A stretch of 64,000 bases of DNA from Octopus sinensis (Eukaryota). Shown piece by piece: positions 37,465 to 51,208 of this stretch. The translations under genes were made by a program, and so were the position numbers. The stretch spans positions 9,052,001 to 9,116,000 of the forward strand of contig NC_043005.1 in NCBI RefSeq assembly GCF_006345805.1, read 5' to 3'. Position 1 is the stretch's first letter. Every line of letters starts with the position of its first letter. Under the pieces are notes generated by a model, which did no database searches, was not told the DNA's origin, and was given only the letters and a program-made list of their open reading frames with translations.

Positions 37465-38277
37465 CAGGTTGCGATGTGTAAATTGTTGCCATTGCATATT
37501 TTTTATTTCGCATATGCACATTGTTTTTTTTATTATTTTGTCGACTACCCAGTATAGTAGGGACATTTGGGCGCCGTCTGTGAGAAACAGCACCATGGCA
37601 AATCACCCAGCCAGAAAGTTGGCAACGACATGCTATACCGCTTTGCAATCGCGCCAGAAGCTCCAATACGGACAGATGGTGAACAGACGGAATATACGTT
37701 GGCTTAGCGTGTCCCCAAAATGTATAGCAAGAGTGATAAACATCAAACATCCTGTCAGCATCATGGCGTTTGGAGTGATCACCAGTGATGGCGACTTTAT
37801 GCCTCCATTCCTCTTCCCACACGATCTCAGACACAACAAGGAGGCCCACATCAAGTGCCTGGAGGAGGTAGCTGCTAGAAGACCCTATGTCTGACAACAG
37901 GACTCTCCACCATGCCACAAATGTAGGAGAACCCAGTTATGACTGACAGAAATTTTCTGTGAGCACATCACATCGAACATCTGGCTACATAACACCCCAG
38001 ACTGCAACGCCCTTGATTATTATGTGTGGACCGCAGTTGAGCTAAAAACCGAGCAAAACTCCTTGTAACAACAAAGATGAACCAAAGGCAAGGATTATGT
38101 CAGGTTTGACTTAAACAGAGAGATTCCGAAGTCATCTTGAGAGCGTAGTTGAAATCAATGGCAATTTTGTTAACTAAATTTACTCTTTAGTATATCAAGA
38201 TATTTTTTATGTTATTTTGGTAAATATATCTCTTAAAATGAGATGTCAGTGTCACTTTCAGTTTTGCGTAATTTAGA
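37465..38277 (+). pseudogene. Internally deleted Tc1/mariner element, DD37D/maT-like
   Basis: TA then CAGGTTGCG terminus; KHPVSIMAFGVITSDGDFMPPFLFP...RPYV*QQDSPPCH...NIW..NTPDCNALDYYVW. Confidence 0.8.
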
Positions 38278-38279
38278 AG

Positions 38280-38321
<42 letters not shown>

Positions 38322-39075
38322 TGCGCGCGCGCGTGTATATATATATATATGTATGTATGTGAGTAGAAAGGTATATATGTATGTGTACCTATGTAACCAG
38401 TTTTCCATTGATTAACCTCGTTGAAAGAAAGCCTGCAGGAAATTATATTTCCTGTTTTCTTAGTTCTTCATAAAATAATTAAAGAATTAAAATCGTTTAT
38501 TTTGTATTTTTGTCTTTATTGTAGATAGCGACACCCTGTTACGGAAATTTCCTTATATCAGCGTGAAGACAACAATAAATGGGTTCAGATGATATATATA
38601 TGTATGTATATATATGTATGTTTAAAAAGATTGATGAGTCTTTATTACTTAGTCGATTAGCGCCTAATAAAATATTTGCATGTAGGAGCATGAAAACATT
38701 TGTAAATGTTTTCAAGTGTCTTCATTCATTTCATATCTAAGATTATATTTACCTTGAATTTCAGTTACACAGTCTATCAAACAACCGAATATAAAAACAT
38801 TTTGAGTGTTTCCAAAGGGCAACTATTTTAATCGACTTCCCGTCGATACGATCTTTCAACAAAATACAGTTTGAAATACATTCCGTATTTACTCAGCACT
38901 CTCATTCTTTTTCTTCCTTAATCAAATTTTCTACGTAAACTCGCTCTACAATGGTTTATTCTCTATTCTTCTTAAAGGGAAAACGTGTTCTATAAGTCAG
39001 TGGTTCAAATATATATATAATATATATATATATATGTGTGTATATATATATATACATATATATATATATGTATAC

Positions 39076-39126
<51 letters not shown>

Positions 39127-39127
39127 G

Positions 39128-39160
<33 letters not shown>

Positions 39161-39165
39161 TATAT

Positions 39166-39196
<31 letters not shown>

Positions 39197-41229
39197 TATA
39201 TATATATATATATATATGTGTATATATACATATATATATATATATAGATAGATACATATATAGATATATACGTACATATATACATATATGCATACACACA
39301 CACACACACACAAATATATATATATACATACCTACATACATAAATAAATAAATAATCGTACATAGATCTTTCTGCTTGTGTGCTTGCCCACGTATATATG
39401 TGTCTGTGTGTATGAGTATGTATTTCAGATTGTGCATTGTGGCTCTTCCATAAAGCGTACGAATGTGATTCTAATTTCACATTTCTGGTCCCGCCCCCAC
39501 CTCCAGGTTATAATATATTTCAACACATATTTATTGCAGAGAGAAATTATGGTCTGATGTTCTGAATCACAGAAAATAATAACATTTTATATAAATATTA
39601 TTGCCTCTTTTCTTTTCTACGTTTATTATTGATATTCAAGACGAAAAAAAATTATTAAATGGAAACCGTAAATTTTTTTCTTACATAATTGTATTTCTCA
39701 ATTTTTTTAAGAGCAAAATTTCCATTACATGTTTTGATTAAAAATGTCTTTGACATAACCTGAATTCATTTGTCAAATACCAAGAATTACACAAACTTAT
39801 TTATATCATGAATATTTCGGGAAAAATATTTTTCTATAAGATCTGACATCAGATCTTTAAGATATCGTAGACATATCAACATGGCTCTATATTTAGGAGT
39901 TGGTAGTGAAACAATGATTACTGAATCTATTGATTCTGTTGCATTGTCTGAATATAACATCTACATATGAAGTCAGTATCTGAAAATAATAAAAACCGCA
40001 CCCTTGAAATTCCGCAAATATATAAAACAATTATATCAAGACTATTGAAAGGGTCCTTGCTTCCCTTGACTTTCTGTGGAATTTCACCCGTGAATTCTTA
40101 ATTTCTCTCAGCCTGGTACTATACGCTTCATCGGTTCGTCTACTGTCGTAATAGTTCAGCTTACTGACGGAGAGTTTTTTGTTGCTTAGTATATTAGCCT
40201 AGTTAATTGGCCCCTCGTTCAAAAATTCCCGTTTTGCAGACGGAGGTGAAACTGTAAATACCCGACGATCGGCATTGTGCGAATTAATCAATTCGGAGAA
40301 GAGAACTCGCGCGAGAAAGAGAGAATGAGTGAGAGAGAGAGATGGAGAGTAAGGGAGAGAGATGGAGCGGGATGGTGTTAAGGAAAAATAATACTCTGTT
40401 TTTCAATGGAGCCATATTGAACTAAGATGACGAAAACCAAATTAAAAAGGGAGATCATGACCTCAGAACGACAAAACGCCATAGGCATTGCAGCGAAGCA
40501 TGTATCCAACGCTCTGACAATTCTAGCAGTCGATTAGACATTGTAAGAGAACCTAGTCAGGAAAGTCCCACAACTCCTTGCGAGAGAGATACTTTCGCTT
40601 TTGTTTGAGCAATTGTTGTGTCTATTTTTTTATCAGAAATTGTTATGGCAATAGCAAATATTTTGCTAGTGTGTCTGTGTGTGTATGTGTGTGTATGTCC
40701 ACGTGAGAGCGTACGTGTGTGAATGCAGAGAAGTAACTGAAGTAGATACATGCATTAACAATTTGATATAATTAGGTCACTGAGAAGCTGTCTTCCTTCA
40801 TATGTACAGTAATGCAATGTTACGGATCTTGCCCAGCTATATAAGTTCTTGGAGAATAGTTTACAAACACGGCGTATTGTTTCTACTCAACTGCATATAC
40901 TAAGAATACATACATAAATACGTGCGTACATACATACAAACACGCACATACATACATACATACATACATACATACATACATACATACATACATACATACA
41001 TACATACATACATAAATATATGCATACATACATACAAACGTACACACGTACATACATACATACATACAGACATACATACAAACTTTTGTAAAAGTTTTCA
41101 AATGTCTTCATTCATTTCATAGCTCTCTAAGATTATATTTACCTTAAATTTCCGTTAAATGTTCCATAAAACCACCGAATATGCACAACTATCAGTTACA
41201 TTGTTTTGTCACGGTATAAAACCCCAACC

Positions 41230-41635
41230 CTCAATACCACAGGTTTGCTTGTCAGTTGTTTGACCTTAACTAGTTGAGCATGTCTCTTAGTAGCTGACCA
41301 TATGTGCATCTCTGATCACGAGCAGAAGTAGTGTGGGGAGCATCATAGCTATGTGTTGAGAGGAATTCTTTGGGTTTTAGATAATTCCCCTTTAGAAACA
41401 TGGGTATTTCGTTCAGCATCCTTAAAGAACCCTTATTCAGAGACTACTCGAGCTAAAGAATATTCTAAGTGGGCCCCACCTGCAAGATCATGCCCTCTTT
41501 ATCTTGATATGAGATCACCATGTCGTACACATAGGGTTGTGATGCATGTACCTGGTGTGCCCTTATCAGACAGGAATTATGATGGGTATACCGGCTTTCG
41601 TATAGTTTTACTCCAGTGTCACTGATCTCTCACTC
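41230..41635 (+). mobile_element. Non-coding repeat 'element X', 5'-truncated, followed by (AAT)n
   Basis: Aligns by eye with 42271-42735; ends CTCTCACTC then (AAT)n. Confidence 0.75.
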
Positions 41636-41683
<48 letters not shown>

Positions 41684-41686
41684 AAC

Positions 41687-41754
<68 letters not shown>

Positions 41755-41755
<1 letters not shown>

Positions 41756-42197
41756 CAGATATTATTATAAAAGATCAGGACGTGTTTATTAATTGACATG
41801 AGTATTCCCTCTGATCACAATATAGCGGCGAAAGAATTTGACAAGATTAGTAAATATAAAGACCTGCTAATAGAAATTGAAAAAATGTGGCATCTCAAGG
41901 CGACTACAGTACCAGTGATTGTAGGATCTCTTGGAATGATTAAAAAAAGGTACTGAAACCTACAGGAAGTGCAAAAAATCGTATTAACTGGAACGGCTCA
42001 AGTACTGAGAATAGCACTATCGCTTGAAAATAAAAGCCATCCATGAATTTATTTAGTTATTAATTTTTAAATACATATTTTATCTTTGAATTTGCGCGTG
42101 TAATCTGGGAATCCATACAACGTCCTTCTCTGCCCTAGGTGTATGGAAAACACTCGGCGAGAAACGGAAGAAGATTTGAAGAAAGAAGGAAAAAACA
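41755..42197 (+). pseudogene. R4/Dong-like non-LTR retrotransposon, restriction-like endonuclease 3' fragment
   Basis: PDIIIKD...CLLIDMSIPSDHNIAAKEFDKISKYKDLLIEIEKMWHLKATTVPVIVGSLG; (TAA)n on both sides. Confidence 0.85.
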
Positions 42198-42270
42198 TAA
42201 TAATTATAATAATAATAACAATAATAATAATAATAATAATAATATAATAATAATAATAATAATAATAATA

Positions 42271-42735
42271 AATGCCCTGATGCAGTACTAGGCAGTGGCT
42301 CTCATGGTTACTGACCATAACTGATCGGAAGTGTTATCATGTACATTGATTTGTCTTGGTATAAAAAAATGGACTACAGCAAATATCCTGCTCAATACCA
42401 CAGATTTGCTTGTCAGTTGTTTGACCTTAAACAGTTGAGCATGTCCTTTAGTGGCTGACGATATGTGCATCTTTGGTCAAGAGCAGAAGTAGTAGGGGAT
42501 TATCATAACTATGTGTTGAGAGGAATTGTTTGGGGTTTGGATAATTCACCTCTGGAAACATGGGTATTTCGTTCAACATCCAAAATTTTTATTCAAGTTG
42601 AGGCTACTCGACCTGAAGAAGATTCCAACTGGGCTCCACCTGCATTGTCACGTGCTGTTTATTTGCTATGAGATAACCATGTCGCGCATGTATGGTTGTG
42701 ATGCAGGTGCCTTGTCTATCCTTATCAGACGGTGT
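42271..42735 (+). mobile_element. Element X, copy with 5' part, preceded by (TAA)n
   Basis: Starts AATGCCCTGATGCAGTAC; shares long blocks with 41230-41635. Confidence 0.75.
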
Positions 42736-43599
42736 ATCACGTATGCCATATTAGACATCTTTATAACGGAGAAATGTACTTGATTATTGGACCGAAGTTA
42801 TCCCCGACAAGGCGCTATAGTTATGGCTAAAATGCCTCATTTCCTGAAGCTGCTCGATCAAGGATTCCCTAGAGTTGAACAGCGGCGACGAGGACGACAA
42901 CGATGACGACAACATAATCTTTGTAACAAGATATAACTAAACTTGTCTACTAGTTATCTCCTTAGATCAATGCATAATTGGAATCAAAATCTCAGCTACA
43001 TGTGGAAAATTATATAATTAAATCACAAACCATATCTGACATAAATCTCCGTTTTGTCAGGTCAATTCTTGTTAGCCATTCTTGACAGGTTTTCATCATT
43101 TTAAGTAACAATGTTTGTTTATCATTCGACCATAAATATATCTGCATCTTCAGTCTAATGAGAAGATCTGTTTGTGAAAAAAGTCTGAGAACATGGTCGT
43201 ATCTGTTAACGTGATTTCTATCAATCATCTGAGATTTTATGGTCAGTGCTTTGAGACAACTAAACGAAAAGTATTTCTTCCAACTCTACTGATGAATGAG
43301 CTATGTTTGTGAATTTGAAAACCAGTGAGAGAGAAAGGAGAAAGAAAGACAGGGAGAGAGAGAAAGAAAGAGAAAGAGAGACAGAGAGAGAGAGAAAGAG
43401 AAAGAAAGACAGAGACAGAGATGCAAATAGAAAAGACAGAGCGAAAGGGAAAGAGAAAAAAGGTACAGTGAGTGAGCAGGTGATCACAGAGATATAGTTA
43501 TATTGAGAAAATGATAGAGAGAAAGCGAGAAAAGTAGAGGTATAAAGCGAAAGAAAATTATAATATATACATATATATATAAGTGTATATCTATCTATC

Positions 43600-43601
43600 T
43601 A

Positions 43602-43662
<61 letters not shown>

Positions 43663-43663
43663 G

Positions 43664-43694
<31 letters not shown>

Positions 43695-43700
43695 GATAGA

Positions 43701-43736
<36 letters not shown>

Positions 43737-43737
43737 C

Positions 43738-43770
<33 letters not shown>

Positions 43771-43781
43771 TAACATATATA

Positions 43782-43848
<67 letters not shown>

Positions 43849-43854
43849 GATAGA

Positions 43855-43890
<36 letters not shown>

Positions 43891-43891
43891 C

Positions 43892-43950
<59 letters not shown>
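43600..43950. repeat. Compound TA/TAGA/TACA microsatellite duplicated with a period of about 154 bp
   Basis: Same TAAAT interruption of (TAGA)n at 43681 and 43835. Confidence 0.8.
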
Positions 43951-43959
<9 letters not shown>

Positions 43960-44527
43960 GTAACGGAAAGGAAGATGAAAGAAAAGAAGATACCGTTTTG
44001 GTTGAATAATTCAATACTAGCTTCAAAAGACTGATTGATTAAGTAATTAATGTTGACAAAGTAAGAGATACGTTTTCGATTTAATTTTAGATTTTTATTA
44101 GCAGCCATTTTTGTTGAAAGCCGCCACGAAAATTATAACGTTGATGCCACAGCTTATTACAGAAATATTTACTTGCATTTGTCTAAAAGAATTGCTGTTA
44201 AATTTGTGAGTTTCTTTATTAAGTGATGTGAATAATAAACTGTAATCTGCTATTCATAGATATTTTCTCTGGTAGCAATATTTGAAAACAGAGCTGAATT
44301 CGGAAATCATGTTTCAGTGAGCTTACACTCTTGATGTTTGAATACATTAATATATTAGCATGCATCCGAATTTCTCTCTCAATCCCAATTTTGTAAAGCC
44401 AGCAACTTGTTTGTTCTTCCCGTCGTTATCCTTGTTTTTGTTGCTAGTGTTGTTGTCCATGGAGATAAAAATGATTATTATAATGATGATGATGATAATG
44501 ATGATATTGTTTAGTCCGTGGTACTTT

Positions 44528-44744
44528 GGCGAGCTGGCAGAACCGTTAGCACGCCGGGCGAAATTTGTAGCCGTATTTCGTCTGCAGCTACGTTCTGAGT
44601 TCAAATTCCGCCGAGGTCCACTTTGCCTTTCATCATTTCGGGGTCGATAAAATAAGTACCAGTTACGCACTGGGTCGATGTAATTGACTTAATCCCTTTG
44701 TTTGTCCTCTCTATGTTTAGCCCCCTGTGGGCAATAAAGAAATA
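44528..44744 (+). mobile_element. SINE-B copy
   Basis: 8-bp TSD GGTACTTT at 44520-44527 and 44745-44752. Confidence 0.9.
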
Positions 44745-46233
44745 GGTACTTTTAAAGGACCGACCTGTGATGAAAGACATCCCCTTCTTTATAATCCCCT
44801 CTTTTTGCATATCAAGTAATACATTCTACAACTTGCAAATTTTTCTCAAAATGGATTCACCTGTTTCACTCGTAATGTCCATTAAATTCATACCTTTATT
44901 TTAAAAAAAATAATATCAGGAAAGATATCAGGTTGTCAGTCGAATTAGATATAATTGTTATTTCCATAAACTCTTACAATTGCGTAAATCTGCATCTTAT
45001 TTAAACGAGTTGTCACTGCAAAAAATACCCGGTAAGATTTCTATGAGCTTTTCGTACTGGAAAACAAATATAATAAAGCTTCTATACTATCCAGCTCCAT
45101 ATAGCTTCACAATGGCTATGCGGCATATTCAGAAGTGTATTAAGCAACTGAAAGTGAAATCCTGTCACTTGGTTCTATTTCAATTAGTGTTTTTTTATTG
45201 CATACAGTTGTGTATTCATCCCATGGTGTCCTTCTGTGTGACAATAAAAAGTCCCTATTGATTTCATTTATACGTAAACAGAGTCACCGATTAAACTTAC
45301 AGGCTGTCATTTAACTGACATATACAAGCGAGAAAATTTCAACAAGCCTACGCGATGTTCCACGAAAATGTGAATGACACAATGCACAATATATTTCCTG
45401 ACGCATAAAAATATCTGATCGTCGCGTCTATTAATCATAAGACTAGTCAGTATGGACATACATGGGTTAAACACGACAGCTATATCATAAGTGAAGAGTG
45501 CATCATGGTGATCTGTAACATTTGAGAATGACACGCGAATCATTAATCAAACTTACGACAACATTCCTAGTAGACAAACACTGCAGAAGTAGAAAATAAT
45601 GGAAAGATACGTAGATGCAAAAATATCGACCTATTCCCAGACTTACAAGTTGAAGCGACGAAAAGATAAAGGAAGGAAAATGAATGAGTATATACATGAA
45701 GTGGGTGAAGCAGAAAATCAGTTAAAATACTCAGGTAAAGTGTCAGATAAAACTTTGACCGTGAGGCAGTTATATGATTTGAAAATTGGCGAATGTAGAT
45801 AATTGTTGCTTTGCTACTATTTCAAATGAGATTCTAATGTCGGACTTATCTGCCAATTAAGGCTTAGCCATGTAAGTACACACATCCACCCCCAAACAAG
45901 TCCACACACAATTTGCTTTAGTAGAAAATACAACTAATTAAAAGTCATTAATATTATTCAGTTATAAGGGACATAAACACCAAACACAAGACTGAACTCT
46001 GAGAATTCTGAACATTTGACCTGCACTCTATTTTTTTGTTGTTTAAAAAAAGTGTCCAGTTCCTTGGGTTTGTGTCTATGTTTTCGTTTCTCATTGTGTT
46101 CGACGTTTTTTTTTTGGTGTCCTATACTCATATATGCGTGTATATATACATGTAGAGGTAGGTACTTACATATATGTATATATATGCATATGTTTTATTT
46201 ATTAATATATATATATATATATATATATATTAT

Positions 46234-46268
<35 letters not shown>

Positions 46269-46690
46269 ATACAATATTTACTTATATTTATGCATATATA
46301 TCTATGTTGAATGTATGAATATGTGTATATAAATAATGTATATATGTAAATATGTCGCAAGCAGCGACTAAACTGGAATTCCTACCAAGCGTACTTGGTA
46401 AGAGTCACCCTGCAGGATGCAAACAACCTGTCAAATGACGGATGAACTCAGAGTCAACGGCTGTCCAGCGGCTGAAAGTGAAACTCTTTGTGCTTCTAGA
46501 CATGCTTCCAGAATGAAATTACGAAATCACATCCGCTTTATGCGAAACCGGAGATCTTGCACTTGCTTATTTCTGCAGTACTCGGCATTGTACATGAGAC
46601 TCTTAGCGGTGTTGTCCAAACTTTTCCATATTTTAAGTTTCTGTACGGGCAATGCTGACAATATATACATACATACGTATATATATATAA

Positions 46691-46885
46691 AGTTAATCCA
46701 AACATGAAAACACAAAGAGAAAACACAACAACGCGAGGACTTGGAACAAGTATAGTATTATTGGACGCTCAGGAAAGAAGGAAAGAAGGAGGGTTAAACG
46801 TTTCGAGTGGATCTCTTCGTTAGAAACATAGAAAAAGGAAAGATCCAAAGAAGGGAAGACGGAGGGGAAAACATCGTCAGCAGTA
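46691..46885 (-). mobile_element. Hammerhead-bearing element, family B, degenerate copy
   Basis: Homologous to 29411-29603; motif reads CTAACGA-A-GAGATCCACTC-GAAACGTTT (core G5 lost, helix II mismatched). Confidence 0.75.
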
Positions 46886-46910
46886 CACACGTGGTCACAT
46901 TTTGAATGTA

Positions 46911-46971
<61 letters not shown>

Positions 46972-46977
46972 TATATA

Positions 46978-47026
<49 letters not shown>

Positions 47027-47149
47027 ATATATATAATTATAATTTAGGGTATCTAAGAGATACCACCACGCTGGAAATAGCAGTATTTAAATATCGATCT
47101 TCTCCTCATATATATATATATATATATACATACGTACATATATGTGTTT

Positions 47150-47232
<83 letters not shown>

Positions 47233-48232
47233 CGTGCGTGTGTGGGCTTGATTCCGTAAAATATTCTTGTAATCATTTTAAAAGTACGATATTCTGAACT
47301 GAAAACTGTGTATTGAAAGATTGGAAAGATAAATTTCGACGAGCTTCTGAAAGCAAAACACAAACGCTGGCAGCTCACAATAACTGTTTGTAACAAACTA
47401 ATCTAACGACCGTATAATAGAATATTTCAATATTAGGTCAATATGAAGTATATCTGAAAATTGTAGTAGATAAACCAAGTAATCTTTTCTACTATAGTTA
47501 TTAGGCCTAGATTTTGTAGGTACGGGGACAGTCGATCTCATCGACCCTAGTACTCAACTGGTTCTTGATTTATCGACCCCGGAAGGATGAAAGGCAGAGT
47601 TAAAGAAGGGTGAAAGACCAGATAAACCAAATAATATCAGATTTGTGTAATGAATTTGTCTAGCTGGCTTGAATATGTTAGAGGGAAATAACTCAAAGTA
47701 TAATATTTGAAATACATAAGAAATCCAGACCTCAATTAGCACCAAACATTATTGACATAAAATCTCTCATTTGTGTCACACTAAACAGACGAGACAGAAA
47801 CGTAATATAAATATTCAACAACTAAACTGGATGCTTGTGTCTGAAAAGCCAGATAGCGTACAATTACTTTACAAATAATGGCAATCAGAACAGTTCAATC
47901 AATCTATAAAGGACTACATAAATAATATTCACTCGAAATAATGGCACTTATATATTCTCAAAATCAGCACATAAGAGTGAATTGTGGAGAAGAGAATTTC
48001 TTCATGTTTGCAATGACAAAAAGGAAGGAAGGAAAGCTAAATGATTTCCATTCTCTATATCATAACAGATGGAAAAACTTTAATTCGAAGAATCCTCGAA
48101 AATAAAAATACATGATTCTAATTAGAATCCACACCGAATTGACCATTCTGAAGACAAATGAATAAACTTAGGTGCAAAAAAAACAGTGCCACATCTTATT
48201 CCATGGCTTTTTACGCAAATAAGGAATAAATA

Positions 48233-48750
48233 CCGTAAATCCTCGAGTATAATCCGCATTTTTTCCCCAAAATTTAAAGGTCAAAATCCGTAGTGCGTAC
48301 TATATAAGAGGTTAAAAATGAAAAATATTTTCTAAGCAATGTCTGAGTCTCTATTTGCTGTCCGGCAATGTTTATTCAGGCGCATTTTGTGATGTCGGGC
48401 GTGAAAATACCTTAACCTAAGCCTCAAAGCAATGAAGTCATAAAAGAATCATCCATAACTTGCAGTAAGCAACTTTTCTTAAACGTTATTACTGTTATTT
48501 CTTTATTTCCTGCAAACAAAATGCACAAAAAAGCTACACGTTTGCATTATGTTATATGTACTGTAATAATAAAGGACGTTACCGTATACAGTTTTACAAA
48601 CCAAGGACGTTATATTGACCTCCTTGACTCATATTAGAGAAGGGGTGCATATTATGCACAAGGTTTTGGTTTTGGTTTTTCAGAGGTACAGCCCTCTAAA
48701 AATTCCCTGCGTATTATACTCAAGGGCGGACTATACTCGAGGATTTACGG
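48233..48750. mobile_element. Tc2/pogo-like MITE
   Basis: TA TSD; TIRs CCGTAAATCCTCGAGTATA(A/G)TCCGC, 24/25 identical; no ORF. Confidence 0.85.
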
Positions 48751-49579
48751 TAATATATAATTATGGCTCAGGAACGTTGCTGCTAAAAAAAACACTAGTA
48801 ATTCACAGTACGAAAAAACAGGCGTAAGATGAGTGCTGAATGATTAAGTGGATATTACGAGAAAGATACATAGTGGCTAGATACTTTACATAGGACCGAA
48901 ATCTCTGAATCTCAGATTTATTAAGATTTTCAACAGAGAAGCCAAATAACAGCAATGGAAATATTCAGAGAAAAGTAAAATTTGCAGCGGCTGAATAAAG
49001 TACAAGATACCTCGGACGTAGTTTACACACTCACACACACACACATACACACACACACATACACATACATACACATATGCTTGCATTTACTTGCATATAT
49101 ATATATGTGCGTGTGTGTGTGTGTGTTTGCTTCATTACTAATACAATTGTTTTGTAACCTACAAAATCGTATAATTGCACGAGACATTATGAAGGAAGCC
49201 CTGTTAATTCAGACGATCGATTCTGCAAATTCTATTTGTGTTCAAAATAAAAATTTTCATTAAAATTTTACATAGTTCATTTCCTGAGATAAGTTGTTTT
49301 TGTAGTCAAAGACACATGCAGACACCTACACACACACACACACACAGGCAGACGCATACGCACACTCGCGTCCACACACAAGAACATCGATACACTTATA
49401 TGTAGCTCTCACTTCCGCGACGTGAAGATATCGGCATCTAACCAGCAGGAATATTGTGCGTTGTGGCTGTGCGACGCATTGACATCTACAGGTTTCAGTC
49501 TTTATCGCAGCAACGAAGCACACTCTCGTATAGCACTTCATTTATATACACGTATACCTACACATATATTCTTTTATTC

Positions 49580-50195
49580 TTTTATTCTTTTAATTGTTTC
49601 AGTCATTTTGACTGCGGACATGCTGGAGCACCGCTTTAATCGAACAACTCGACTCCAGAATTTATTCTTAATACTTATTTCTTTACTGCTTAGGAGCTAC
49701 ACAAAGAGGTGACAAACAAGGACAGACAAACAGACTAAGTCGATTATATCGACCCCAGTGCGTGACTGGTACTTATTTAATCGACCTCGAAAGGATGAAA
49801 GGCAAAGTCGACTCGGCGGAATTTGAACTTAGAACATAACGGCAGACGAAATACCTATTTCTTTACTACCCACAAGGGGCTAAGCACAGAGGAGACAAAC
49901 AAGGACAGACAGACGGATTAAGTCGATTATATCGACCCCAGTGCGTAACTAGTACTTAATTTATCGACTCCGAAAGGATGATAGGTAAAGTCGACCTCGG
50001 CGGAATTTGAACTCAGAACGTAGCGGCAGACGAAATACTGATAAGCATTTCGCCCGGCGAGCTAACGTTTCTGTCAGCTCGAACATATTCTTTGTATTCT
50101 TATTCTGCCAGGACTTATTCTTTGTAAGCCTGATACTTATTCTATCGGGATCTTTTGCCGAACCGCTAAGTTACAGGGGCGTAAACATACCAACA
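49580..50195 (-). mobile_element. SINE-C fragments interrupted by a two-unit SINE-B
   Basis: SINE-C tail at about 49590-49640 and body at about 50090-50195; SINE-B 49683-50081 with junction GACGAAATACCTATTTC at about 49845-49861. Confidence 0.8.
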
Positions 50196-50199
50196 TATT

Positions 50200-50873
50200 C
50201 GAGGGGAAATCAAAAATTATCCGCACACTCGCCATAGTATATCTTTATTATTGTCACAGTTCACACTAGGCAAGCGTGCTTATAGCTGGTAATATTGTGG
50301 TCACGTGATCGAAGTTTGAGCCCGATCACAGCACTTTTCTTTCTGCCGTTGCAGTGTAAGCTTGACCGCTCGACTAGCAATGTGCACCAAAGGAACACAA
50401 GGAGCAGTGATCCGAAAGATGGTAATTGTGAACCGGTAATGGTGAACCGGTTACCCATTAGCATCTCTCGAGCTTGATGAATCTTCTCGTCAGTGGTAGA
50501 GGTTACCGGGTGTTCTAATCTCGGTTTCTGCGTCACGCATGTCCGGCCACTTTTAAACTTTTTGATACACTCACGAACACTTCTACACGGTAGTGCACTG
50601 TCCCTATATTGTGCTAAAGGCCTCCGATGAATTTCGGCACCTGGCACAACTTCAGATCAGAGAAATCGGATCACTGTTCTTTTTTGATGCACATTGCTAA
50701 TGGACCGGCCATGCTTACACTGTAAAGCCAGAAAGATAAATGGCGCGATTAAGCTCAAACCTCCGCCCCAAGACCACAACAGTACCGACTATAAGCACGT
50801 ATGGGCAGAAGTCAATGCAAAAATAATAAAGTCATGTTACGGTGAATGTGTGGATAATTTTGACTTCCCCTCG
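50200..50873. mobile_element. Mariner-derived fold-back element built from two 5' ends
   Basis: Termini CGAGGGGAAATCAAAAATTATCCGCAC and GTGTGGATAATTTTGACTTCCCCTCG-TA; inverted similarity extends about 210 bp; minus strand encodes the N-terminal HTH region (PGAEIHRR...KFKSGRT...TSTTDEKI). Confidence 0.85.
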
Positions 50874-51208
50874 TATATGTACGCATATATATACACACAT
50901 ACACACATACACACATATATGCACACAACACACACATATGATTGTCTCTGTGTATGTGCTTGTACATTTATCAGTGTGTGTCTATATGTATATGGTGAGA
51001 GACAAATAGATGTATATCAGCTACCATAGATCACTAATTCTTGATTTTTAAAATGTTAACCCCGTCTCAAGGGGATGTATCATAATTACCATATGCTAAT
51101 TAAGATAATCTCGACGCCCCCTCAATTTAGGGCAACTGAAAATCCGATATCTGGTTTCAACCCAGACATAATCATGACTAGAAGCTTCTGTTTCTTATTA
51201 CCTGTCAG

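Noticed and set aside
42271-42370. HDV-like ribozyme at the 5' end of element X, or at 53750-53900
   Set aside because: I could not build the nested double pseudoknot by hand; left as a computational check.
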